In this document: piece after piece, positions 1 through 9,014 of the stretch | How positions within the stretch are numbered: the stretch's first letter is position 1 | Layout of the letters: every line of letters begins with the position of its first letter | Assembly: GCA_049325415.1 (NCBI GenBank) | Contig: JBMOLL010000072.1 | Coordinates: forward strand, 4,689 to 68,688 | Source of the DNA: Bacteroidota bacterium | Lineage (GTDB): Bacteria > Bacteroidota > Bacteroidia > Bacteroidales > GCA-2748055 | Direction: 5' to 3' | Length of the DNA: 64,000 nt | Translations under genes and position numbers: made by a program | The notes under the pieces: generated by a model | Told to the model about the DNA's origin: nothing | The model's input: the letters and a program-made list of their open reading frames with translations, nothing else | Database searches by the model: none

Positions 1-745
1 GGTAAATCCCGAGAAAAGAAGAAGAGTGGGCTTCCCCTTTTCGCAGTAAAAACGGTTGTTCCTGAAGCGCAAGTACTGCGCCTTCACCAGCCATTTCACC
101 GCCCAGTTCCCTTTGCAGGAGCGCTTCAGGAACTCCAGTCTGGCGATAGCTTTTCCCGTAGAACTGCATGCTGTCGGTGCAGGCTGATTCCGCCCGCTTT
201 CCGGAGGCAATGAGTACAAAGGGATAGCCTGGCTTCTCTTTCATATTCTGACGGCAGCAAAGAATTTTCCCGTGCTCTTCGTCATCCAGTATCGTCCGTT
301 CGAGGTACTGGCTGATGTAATATTCGTTGTTCAGGCCGTTGATCGCCGGCTTCAGTCCGATATCCTGAACATAAACAAGGTCGGCATCCAGGTCCTGCCC
401 CGAATAGTTGATGAGCTCCACCAGCCATAACCAGGCAAAACGGTCCTCTGCCGGAACCAGGGTAATGCTGTACTCCAGTCCCTCCCAGTTTCCCCTGCCT
501 GAAAACTGATGATCGCGAATGACGAATGATGTCGGACTCTCCGGTCCAGTGAGCGGGGTGAATTTCAATGAACCGCTTCTTTTCCTGAGGTAGATCTGGG
601 CGCCGGCCCTGTTGTAGGGAGAACCGGCCTGCATCCCGATCCGGATGGGTGTCACATCAATATCCTTCAGCGATCCGTTCTCCAGAAAGGAGAGAACCAT
701 TCCTTTTTTGTTCACCAGTTTCATTTTTTCATCCTTTCGTTTCAT
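1..745 (-). CDS. GH94 1,2-beta-oligoglucan phosphorylase (SOGP)-like protein, N-terminal part (runs off the left edge)
   Basis: Not in the ORF track; translated by hand from ATG 745 (alt. 724): MKRKDEKMKLVNKKG...AQIYLRKR...DLVYVQDIGLKPAINGLNNEYYISQYLERTILDD...CRQNMKEKPGYP...TDSMQFYGKSYRQTG. As I recall, this matches the Listeria Lin1839 SOGP N-terminus (DLVYLQDLGL..NEAYMSQY..RQN..TDGFDIYG). No signal peptide. Confidence 0.75.
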   Translation of the reverse strand, partial: MKRKDEKMKLVNKKGMVLSFLENGSLKDIDVTPIRIGMQAGSPYNRAGAQIYLRKRSGSLKFTPLTGPESPTSFVIRDHQFSGRGNWEGLEYSITLVPAEDRFAWLWLVELINYSGQDLDADLVYVQDIGLKPAINGLNNEYYISQYLERTILDDEEHGKILCCRQNMKEKPGYPFVLIASGKRAESACTDSMQFYGKSYRQTGVPEALLQRELGGEMAGEGAVLALQEQPFLLRKGEAHSSSFLGIY

Positions 746-791
746 TCATATTTCATTATCCTTCAGGGGATTCATGATGTAAGCCCGAAGA

Positions 792-3233
792 TCAGCCCAG
801 CTCCTCACCCAATACTATCTCCAGTATGAATTCCTCTTTTTGGTGGGGATAAGAGATCACCAAACGATTTACGCTTCTTTCAATTACTGCGTTTTCAAGG
901 CTGCAGGTGATCTGTCGGGCCGTCGCAAAAGGTTCTCCTTCCAGCACCAGCTCTCCCCTGAGCTCCCTGTCACCATAAAGGGTAAAGGCCACCGTCCCCC
1001 TTTCGACACGACAGGAAAGAAGGTCGGAGGTGGTATGCAGAAGGCTGATCCCGGATCCCAGGGGCCTGCATACAGGTGAAAACACGGCATAAAGCGGAGG
1101 TAGCTCAAGGCTTCCGCCTTTGAACGGGACCTGGATCTGTTCACCGCTTTCAGGATGAGTATAGGAAATTCCGGCGCTTTGAGGCTCGTTGTAATAGTTT
1201 CCGATAAAGAGCAGTGCATGGCCGTCGGGTGTGAAGCGTTCCCTGACGGCAACAGCGTCATTATCCGACCGGGTATGACTGAGCTGCGCCGCGGAATGCC
1301 CGAGGAAGGCCCTGTATACGTCCTTGTGACGCTCGGTATCAAAACCCACCCAGGTACCCAGGTGCGTTGCTAAGCCTTTTCCCACAGGGATCCGGAAACC
1401 GCAGGCCGAGCCCCTGAGTGTCCGGGCAATGACCTCACCATCTTTGAGCTCATGTTCATTGTAGACCACCTGGGGATTGGCACACTTAATGTCACGCAGT
1501 CCGAAGATATCCACCAGGGGTGAATCCACGGCCTCAAAGCCTGAGGGACGAATATGCAGTGCATCACGCAGGATGGTGCAGGCCTGCTGGTTCATTTCCC
1601 TGTCGGGCAGACAGGGATACACCACCAGTTCTCCGCCGTTCCGGGCATAATCGGCCAGGACCAGCTGATCGGCGGCATTCATCTCATCTGTGGTAAAGGA
1701 CCAGACCTGCTTATACCTGCTGAGCTCTTCGGCACTGGTGCGCGTGAGGTCGAGCATGTCGTAATCGACATTCAGGATCTGCAAAGCCTTAAGCAAGCCA
1801 TCGAAATAGGCCGGCCGGCGAATGGCCGAGGGTACGAAGCGGAGCCCGCATTCCTGACCCACAGGTCGCTCCAGTTCACTTGCATAATAATGGGGATAGA
1901 AAAGAACACAGATCTCAGCCCTGCGCCGTGCCTCAACAATCACTTCCTCTGAGGAGGTGATCAGGCTGTTCATCCTTTTCACGAGCGGGAAGGCACTCCC
2001 CCTCTCTCCTTCCGCGCTTAGTGGGGTGAACCAGTAAAAAGTATCCCCCGAATAGCCGGTGCGCACGGCATTCCTCCCCTGCGAAAACATATAGTAATTC
2101 CATCCTGTCAGGCCGTTAATCAGGCTGGCCTTGTAAAAAAGCTCCATTTCGCGGGGATTGGTAACCACGTGATACTCCCTTGATCCGCTCTGGAATTCAG
2201 CAGCGAACAGCGGTTTACTGCCCTGTACCGCAGCGGTTATGTCGTTGATGATCCGGTCGTCATGCAGGTTCCTGTATGACAGGAATTCAGGAATATGGTC
2301 GGCACCGAAAATTATGTCGCTTTTATCACCGAACAGTTCGTCATACATCGTGATATTCACAGGGAACTCATAGCCGCTGCCGTAGATCCATCCGGGCAGG
2401 TTATGGTAAAGAGGAAGGGTCACGCCCCGCTCCCTGACCATTCCGGTCAGCATCTTCAGGTAATCCGCGTAATAGGCTCTCCAGAAACGGTGCCATTCAT
2501 AATCGCGTCCACGGTCGCCTGCCGAAGAATAGGGTGCTTTACCGTCGGGAGGCAGTTCCACTTTATTAAAGGAAGCATAGGCTGTTCCCCAGATCCTGTT
2601 CAGTTCGCCGATCCCTGCAAACCGACTTTCCAGGTACGCAATGAACTTTTCCTTTACCACCGGGCTGTAATCCCCCTGATGGGCCAGCCAGGAAAAAACA
2701 CCGATCTCATTGCAAAGCTGCATCATAATTACCGGACCACCCCTGTCAGACTGATAGCTGCTGATCAGGGGCATGATCCTGTTGTACCATGCCTTTACCT
2801 TTTCGAGATAACGCTCATGAAACAGGGAGACACCGTCGCTCGGAACGATTTCACCCCGGCTGTTCCTCATTTTAACTTCCTCTGCATACCTGTCAAGGAA
2901 CCAGTCGGGCAGGCCTGCCCCCCAGAACTCAGCCAGAATGAAAGGACCGGGTTTCAGGATACAGGTGAGTCCGTATTCCTGGCATAACCGTATCCACGTG
3001 TGCAAATCCTTTTCCGGAACTTGCTGCCCGTCAAAATCAAACACCCCTTCCACGCTTTCGTGCCAGGCCCAGGGAATGTAGGTACTTACCGTTCTCAACC
3101 CTGCTTCCTTTGCGGCATGGAGATGTGTTCTCCAGAGGTCTTTCTTGATCCGCCAGTAATGAATCTCGCCCGAAAGCAAAAAGGTCTTCTTCCCGTCCTG
3201 AAGGAAATTGTCGCCTTGAATAGTAAATGTCAT
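792..3233 (-). CDS. GH35 glycoside hydrolase/transglycosylase (GlmA-like architecture), cytoplasmic
   Basis: SGEIHYWR, TYIPWAWHE..EGVFDF, KPGPFILAE, GGPVIMMQLCNE (acid/base), AAEFQSG (nucleophile), NYYMF; no signal peptide. Confidence 0.85.
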   Translation of the reverse strand: MTFTIQGDNFLQDGKKTFLLSGEIHYWRIKKDLWRTHLHAAKEAGLRTVSTYIPWAWHESVEGVFDFDGQQVPEKDLHTWIRLCQEYGLTCILKPGPFILAEFWGAGLPDWFLDRYAEEVKMRNSRGEIVPSDGVSLFHERYLEKVKAWYNRIMPLISSYQSDRGGPVIMMQLCNEIGVFSWLAHQGDYSPVVKEKFIAYLESRFAGIGELNRIWGTAYASFNKVELPPDGKAPYSSAGDRGRDYEWHRFWRAYYADYLKMLTGMVRERGVTLPLYHNLPGWIYGSGYEFPVNITMYDELFGDKSDIIFGADHIPEFLSYRNLHDDRIINDITAAVQGSKPLFAAEFQSGSREYHVVTNPREMELFYKASLINGLTGWNYYMFSQGRNAVRTGYSGDTFYWFTPLSAEGERGSAFPLVKRMNSLITSSEEVIVEARRRAEICVLFYPHYYASELERPVGQECGLRFVPSAIRRPAYFDGLLKALQILNVDYDMLDLTRTSAEELSRYKQVWSFTTDEMNAADQLVLADYARNGGELVVYPCLPDREMNQQACTILRDALHIRPSGFEAVDSPLVDIFGLRDIKCANPQVVYNEHELKDGEVIARTLRGSACGFRIPVGKGLATHLGTWVGFDTERHKDVYRAFLGHSAAQLSHTRSDNDAVAVRERFTPDGHALLFIGNYYNEPQSAGISYTHPESGEQIQVPFKGGSLELPPLYAVFSPVCRPLGSGISLLHTTSDLLSCRVERGTVAFTLYGDRELRGELVLEGEPFATARQITCSLENAVIERSVNRLVISYPHQKEEFILEIVLGEELG

Positions 3234-3271
3234 AGAGCTGCTTGTTAACTGTTTTTATTAAAATTTCCTGT

Positions 3272-5347
3272 TTACACGCCTGCGGCGTTGCCCATGAGTT
3301 CCTGGTTCCTCCTCCGTAACTCTTCCTTGATCTCCATGCTTCGCTTCTCGGTGAGACTGTACCTGAAAACAAAGAAAACAGAGAATATACTGAGGAATAT
3401 GGGAAGACCGATCTCCAGCACCCTCATCATCAAAAGGGTATACGGGGTTTGCCGGGTCAGTACCTTTACCTCTTTTTCGATAACAGCCAGTTCATCATCC
3501 AGCAAACGGTAGTTCTTTCGGAGCGTCATATCGGAAAGGTCGCCGTAAATCCCGCTGGCGGTGGTAATCAGGGTTTGATAATGCTCCCGGCTCTTCTCCG
3601 ATTTGACCGACCGTGTATCGAAGCGGGTCAGGAGCAGCAAGGAATTCATCCTTGCTTTTTCAAGCATTGTTCCCTGGGATGCAGCAAAGACACGATCTGT
3701 AAGCTCACTTCGTGAAGTATCGCTCAACTCACCCGACAGCTGTCGCTGCAGGTCCTGCAGTTCGGCCAGGTTGGCTTCGGTCAGTACCAGGGCCGATTCA
3801 AGCTGCGTGCTGATTCGCGCCACATCAGCTGCCGAAAGTTCCTTTTCCGGATCGGGATCTTTCCTGACTTCTTTCTGAAGATAATTTTGATATTCTTTTG
3901 CCTCGTTAAAAGCTCTGGTGCTCAGTTCCCTGAGCTGATCTACGGGCAGGGTCCCCGAGCTGTCGGCCTGGAAAACCGGTGTCCATTCACTGATCCTGCT
4001 TCTCATTTCCCTGATATTCCCCTGCAGACTGTCAACCCGGGTTACCTGTCCCTCATCGAACATGGTGATAACGATCAGCACTCCACCTACAAAACTGGCC
4101 AGGGCTGTCCCCATTTTGATGAACCACCAGAAGATGGAATAGTAGCTTCCTTCGGAACGCTGCCCGGTTTTTAGTTCATCCTCGTCACAGATATCTCCTA
4201 CCATGGAAGAACCAAGGGTAAAGAAAAAGAGCATTCCCGAGGACAACAGAACGGTCGGCATCAGGATCCAGTACGGATGCGCCGGATTATAACAGAAAAT
4301 CTTCGACAGCTGGGCCATCACCATGAGAACTATGGCCAAAAACAGTGTGTTCCTTTTACCCAGTCTCGGACTTATAATATTCAACGGAAAAACAGCCAGA
4401 AGGCCGGTAATGGCCCAGACCGTCCCCTGGATTCCAAGAATAGTTGCTCCCGTGTCCTTATCTCCCCCGAAAATATAGAAAATGGGAATATAGGAGCCCA
4501 GCAACTGTACGAAATTGAAGCCCATTGCCAGGGTAAAAATGGTCAGGGTCAGCATAATGAAATTCCTGTTCCCTGTCGTTCTTTTTATATCCTGCCAGAA
4601 CGGCGTCTTTTTCTGCTTCTCCACCTTTTTGAAGCCGGGTTCCCTGAGCTTGAAGAACCACCAGAACGACAGCGGGATCAGAATGGCGGCAATCATGAGA
4701 GAGACATACCTCATCCCGTCGGCTTCATTCCCTCCCGGTCCGCGGAACACCTCAAGATTGGCCAGTTTGAAAAGCCAGGGGGTACTCATCGCAAACAGGT
4801 TCCCTACAAAGCTCTTGATGCTGAACAGTTTGGTTCTTTCATGGTAATCGGTGGTCATTTCCATGCCCAGGGCACCGTGGGGAATTTCAAAAATGTTGCA
4901 GGCGGTGAAGAACAGGAGCAGTGCCACCAGGATATAGATCAGCTGGAAAACATGAAAGCCGGCCTCCGTGGGAAACCAGACCTTCACCATGTCGCCTTTG
5001 GGGATCCACCACATCACGACAAAAAACACAGCTACCAGGATTCCTCCGATCAGCAGAAAGGGCCGGCGGCGGCCCCAGCGGGTGCGGGTATTATCGGAGA
5101 GGTGTCCGATGACCGGATCGGAGAGCGCATCCCACAACCTGGGGATAATCAGGATCAGACCCAGCCAGAAAGCACTGAGGCCGAGACTGATGTTTCCCAT
5201 CAGCCCGACCAGGATACCGGCAATATTAAACAGTGCAATGGGGATGATCCCCCCGGCACCGTAAGCCGCATACTGGGTAAAGGAAATTCCGTTATTCCCG
5301 TTCTCTTTCCGGCTCGTGTCTGTTACATTGTTTTTCATAGGGTTCAT
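3272..5347 (-). CDS. MFS glycoside-pentoside-hexuronide (MelB-like) sugar symporter with a large soluble insertion
   Basis: WDALSDPVIGHLSDNTRTRWGRRRPF, EMTTDYHERT, DICDEDELKTGQRSEG motifs; about 12 TM segments; ~200-aa hydrophilic insert before the last TM. Confidence 0.9.
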   Translation of the reverse strand: MNPMKNNVTDTSRKENGNNGISFTQYAAYGAGGIIPIALFNIAGILVGLMGNISLGLSAFWLGLILIIPRLWDALSDPVIGHLSDNTRTRWGRRRPFLLIGGILVAVFFVVMWWIPKGDMVKVWFPTEAGFHVFQLIYILVALLLFFTACNIFEIPHGALGMEMTTDYHERTKLFSIKSFVGNLFAMSTPWLFKLANLEVFRGPGGNEADGMRYVSLMIAAILIPLSFWWFFKLREPGFKKVEKQKKTPFWQDIKRTTGNRNFIMLTLTIFTLAMGFNFVQLLGSYIPIFYIFGGDKDTGATILGIQGTVWAITGLLAVFPLNIISPRLGKRNTLFLAIVLMVMAQLSKIFCYNPAHPYWILMPTVLLSSGMLFFFTLGSSMVGDICDEDELKTGQRSEGSYYSIFWWFIKMGTALASFVGGVLIVITMFDEGQVTRVDSLQGNIREMRSRISEWTPVFQADSSGTLPVDQLRELSTRAFNEAKEYQNYLQKEVRKDPDPEKELSAADVARISTQLESALVLTEANLAELQDLQRQLSGELSDTSRSELTDRVFAASQGTMLEKARMNSLLLLTRFDTRSVKSEKSREHYQTLITTASGIYGDLSDMTLRKNYRLLDDELAVIEKEVKVLTRQTPYTLLMMRVLEIGLPIFLSIFSVFFVFRYSLTEKRSMEIKEELRRRNQELMGNAAGV

Positions 5348-5362
5348 TGATTTCCGTTAACC

Positions 5363-5397
5363 GGAAAACAGCGTCTCTGACTTAGCGACTGTTTTCC
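5363..5397. repeat. Intergenic imperfect hairpin
   Basis: GGAAAACAG...CTGTTTTCC inverted repeat between the discoidin-GH and MFS genes; no long U tract. Confidence 0.4.
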
Positions 5398-5458
5398 TTC
5401 TCCGTTTTAGTTTTATTGTTTCACTGCCTGTTTCATACTTTCAGTTTGGCCCGCTGTG

Positions 5459-8400
5459 CTATTCATAGCAGATCTCCACCTCAGCCGGGAAAACATTTAC
5501 CGGAATTTCCCCCGCGCTGAAGCCGGAAACGGGCTCACCATTCACCTTAACGGATACAGGTTTTACCGATCCGTTGAAATTCCTGATCCGGATCCCGTTC
5601 TCGGGAAGGCGAAGGTCCCCGTAAATGGAAAAACGGTAATTCCTGCCTTCCTTTTTCACTGCGTAGGAAAGTTCTCCGTACCAGGTCGGGAGGTTCTCCA
5701 CACTCATGCCCTCGGGCGCATCGATCCAATCCTGGTAAAGTCCGGAAGCCAGCACCAGCGAGTGATCGTATTCATTTTCGTAAACAAACATTGTGCGGAT
5801 GGCATTGATAAAATCACTGCCGACCCAGGTATGGGGCATATCCCCTATAAAAGAGGGTGTTGAAGGATCCTTCCACACCACTTCCGCCCAGTGTTCCCAG
5901 CCGCGGGGACGCTGATTGGTCATGAAATAATCAATGAGTTCATGGGCGATGTCGGGTCTGTCAAGCAGGATAAACGAACCGATCAGCCGGTTTTCATAAG
6001 GCGTATAGTTAACCCAGTTTAGTTGCCTGTCCCTCCGCTTCCGGAAAAAATCGTAATACCTGAAAAAGGTATTGTAGACTTCCGGCTGTGGAAGATTATT
6101 CAGCTCATTGCAGGGCGTCAGGGCGATGGTGGTGGATGTGGCATCGAAATCGCCCAGTTCGGCACAGCCGGGGATGTAATCGATCCCCTTGTTTTTCATG
6201 GCCAGGCGGATGGAACGGTAGAGGTTGGTCTCAAATTCCCGGTGAAAGGCAGAAATACGGTTATATGCCTCCTCATTGCCCAGGATCCACTGGATATCTG
6301 CTGCTTCTTTCAGTCCGAGCACGGTGAAAAAATCATCCCAGTAGGAGTGCATGGGTTTGGCCGAGTAGCCCTCATGACTGATGGATTCAGGCATCAGACC
6401 GTACAGGGACCGGATACTGTCGTTCCCGTTTTTGTAATAATCAGTCGTGCGCTGGCTTACCAGGAAAGAAATGTAATCAACAGCTTTCAGCACATGGCTG
6501 TTCATCGAGCGGAGAAAGGTGCTGTCTCCCGTAAACATGAAATACTCATGAACCAGGTAGATGAATTCCCCGTGACTGTCGTTCTCCGGTACCGGGTCGG
6601 GACCGCGGAAATCGACGACGCAGGGGATCTTTCCGCTTTCGTACTGATAGCTGGCATACCAGCTGATGAAATCCTTTACTTCGGGAACGATTCCCGATTT
6701 CATCAGGGCAGAGGAAGTAAGTGCGCCATCCCTGATCCAGCTCCGCTCATAGGAACGCGAACCCGGCTGTATTCCTGCTTTGTCGCGGTTAATAAGGATG
6801 TAGGCCAGATTGGATTTATACGTGTTAACGAGCCGGTCTGCGGAAGGGGGAAGGTTAAAGCGGATATGGCTGACCTTTGCCGACCAGAAATCCCTCGCAG
6901 CATCAAGTTCCTTGAAGACTCTTCCTGAAGCAAGTGCTTCCCCTGCACTTTCCCGCCCGTAAAAGGGGGAAGCCAGGTAAAAGCTGACTGTTTGACCGGG
7001 TTCGAGGTGGATCCGGTACATCAGCACCCCGCTGGCCAGCTGGTCCGGATCATTAACCGAAACAGACGGAGGCAGTTCGCCCTTCCGGATAAAATCGACA
7101 ATATTCCCTTCCTGGAAGGCGGAAGCACCAAAGCCATCGGGTTTTTTCTGAGAGAGAAGCACCTGATCGTCGACAACAATACTTGCTCCTTCCATTCCGA
7201 TATGGCTGATCTTCCCTGCCCCGCCCGTGTTATTCAGAAACTGGTAATAAGGATTAACCATCAGCGGACGGACCAGCAGGTAAAGAACAGGTTCAGCCGC
7301 TTTGTCCGACCTGTTTGTAAGGCTGTAGCGGATCCCGAGAACCGAGGAGACATTGGCTTCGCCGCAGGTGCTGATCTCGGTCCGCAGCGACAGGTCCTTC
7401 ATTTCCCAGGTCACCGATGGCAGAAAACTGTATTCATTCGTCACTTCCGGGTTCCGGAGCGACTGGGTGGTACTGACATTGCTCCAGTTGAAGAGCGAGT
7501 CGCCCATCCTGATCATCGGTTCCACTGAGAACCTGGCCTTCTGAACCTCCACCATCCCGTCGGTATTGATAAGGGCTTCCTTCTCATCATTGTTCACCCC
7601 GTTAATGGTCCAGAAAGTAGCAGTACGTGAAAAATAACGGGGATAGTTGCCCGGCGGAGAATTCTCGGCAACATCGATCAGGAAATCATTCAGCGTCATG
7701 GAACTGCGGATATCCGTAAAACGGACCTCCTTCACGCCGAAACCCTGCTTTCCGGCAGCTTCAAGAAGCCTGATCTTGAGAAACTTTCCTTCTGATTCAG
7801 GAAGGCGGATAAAACTTTGCTCATCCCGGTTATTCTTAATAAGGGCCATGCTTTCCCAGTTCCGGCCATCTTCCGACAGCAGGACCTCATAACTGCGTGC
7901 ATACTGATCTTTCAGCCACTCGATCTGCAGACCGCCAAACTCCCTGCGGCCTGAGAAATCAAATAGCAGACACTGATCCTTTGCTGCCTTTCCTTTCCAC
8001 GCTGTTTGCAGGGAATTATCAGTCGCAGCAGCCGGATCAAAGCCTTTGAGGGAACTTTTGGCGCTGACAACAGGTCGCGGATAAATCCCGGTCTCGGGAG
8101 GAAGCTTTTCGAAACGCAGATCATCCAGCCAGACAGTACCCTTGCCACCAACAAAGGAGGCGATGGTAAATTCGATCCGGTCGATCCGCTTCAGATTCTT
8201 GTCTTCAACCGGACCCCAGGCAAAAGCGATATGACGCTTTTTTATCCGGATCTTTTTCCACTCACCCGGAAAGGAATAATTCCGGTTATTGACCCACCAG
8301 ACATTATTACCGGTGCTGTCGATAAATTTGATTTCGAAATTATTACCCGGTGAATCGGCTTTCAGGTGAAATGTGAATTCATAATTATCGGGGAGATCAA

Positions 8401-8644
8401 TGGGGAAGAATTTCTGAATCCCGCCATAGCCGGTACCCTTTGTAAAATCGTAATCGAAGCGCAGGGCCTGACCGCTTACACCCGGCTCGGTACCCAGCTT
8501 AACCTCAACTCCGTCGGAAACATTAAAGGACCAGCCTGAAGTGCTTTCCATTCCGTCGATCAGCTCTGCCTGCGCTTTCAGGGGAGCAGACAGCAATACA
8601 AAACAGGCCAGCATGACTGCGGCCGTCAGATCCTGGATTCTCAT
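5459..8644 (-). CDS. Secreted multidomain glycoside hydrolase: CBM11/CIA30-like domain + F5/8 discoidin (CBM32) + C-terminal (alpha/alpha)6 barrel
   Basis: Start moved to ATG 8644 (signal peptide MRIQDL...APLKA|Q); ALRFDYDF, IEFTI..GKGTVWLDDLRF; ATDNSLQTAW..YEVLLSEDGRNW; GIQPGSRSYERSWIRDG, ESISHEGY, HSYWDDFF, GDMPHTW. Confidence 0.75.
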   Translation of the reverse strand: MRIQDLTAAVMLACFVLLSAPLKAQAELIDGMESTSGWSFNVSDGVEVKLGTEPGVSGQALRFDYDFTKGTGYGGIQKFFPIDLPDNYEFTFHLKADSPGNNFEIKFIDSTGNNVWWVNNRNYSFPGEWKKIRIKKRHIAFAWGPVEDKNLKRIDRIEFTIASFVGGKGTVWLDDLRFEKLPPETGIYPRPVVSAKSSLKGFDPAAATDNSLQTAWKGKAAKDQCLLFDFSGRREFGGLQIEWLKDQYARSYEVLLSEDGRNWESMALIKNNRDEQSFIRLPESEGKFLKIRLLEAAGKQGFGVKEVRFTDIRSSMTLNDFLIDVAENSPPGNYPRYFSRTATFWTINGVNNDEKEALINTDGMVEVQKARFSVEPMIRMGDSLFNWSNVSTTQSLRNPEVTNEYSFLPSVTWEMKDLSLRTEISTCGEANVSSVLGIRYSLTNRSDKAAEPVLYLLVRPLMVNPYYQFLNNTGGAGKISHIGMEGASIVVDDQVLLSQKKPDGFGASAFQEGNIVDFIRKGELPPSVSVNDPDQLASGVLMYRIHLEPGQTVSFYLASPFYGRESAGEALASGRVFKELDAARDFWSAKVSHIRFNLPPSADRLVNTYKSNLAYILINRDKAGIQPGSRSYERSWIRDGALTSSALMKSGIVPEVKDFISWYASYQYESGKIPCVVDFRGPDPVPENDSHGEFIYLVHEYFMFTGDSTFLRSMNSHVLKAVDYISFLVSQRTTDYYKNGNDSIRSLYGLMPESISHEGYSAKPMHSYWDDFFTVLGLKEAADIQWILGNEEAYNRISAFHREFETNLYRSIRLAMKNKGIDYIPGCAELGDFDATSTTIALTPCNELNNLPQPEVYNTFFRYYDFFRKRRDRQLNWVNYTPYENRLIGSFILLDRPDIAHELIDYFMTNQRPRGWEHWAEVVWKDPSTPSFIGDMPHTWVGSDFINAIRTMFVYENEYDHSLVLASGLYQDWIDAPEGMSVENLPTWYGELSYAVKKEGRNYRFSIYGDLRLPENGIRIRNFNGSVKPVSVKVNGEPVSGFSAGEIPVNVFPAEVEICYE

Positions 8645-9014
8645 GTCTTTCTCGTTTACTAGTGCTTTCCGTCCCGGAAGGAAATACCTCTCCGGGTTAA
8701 AACCCAAATTTATAAATATTCTCCATATCCGAAAGCATAGCACCCAGTGAAGAAAAAAGGCCTGTCGGAATAATTATGTAGTGGGACTGGTAAATTTTTA
8801 AAACAAAAAATGAGACTTTACGTAGGAGCAAAATATATTATTCAAGCAATATCAAAATATCTTGATATTTCGTTATCTTAAAAAGACAAATTAATATTTA
8901 CTTAGAGGAGAGTCAGATGAGTTTCGGGATTTGGAGGATCCTGATCATCAGACAGTAACAAAGGTGTTCGGTAGGGCAGACAGCACGCGGCAAAGTTTAA
9001 AACGGGGGGATTGA

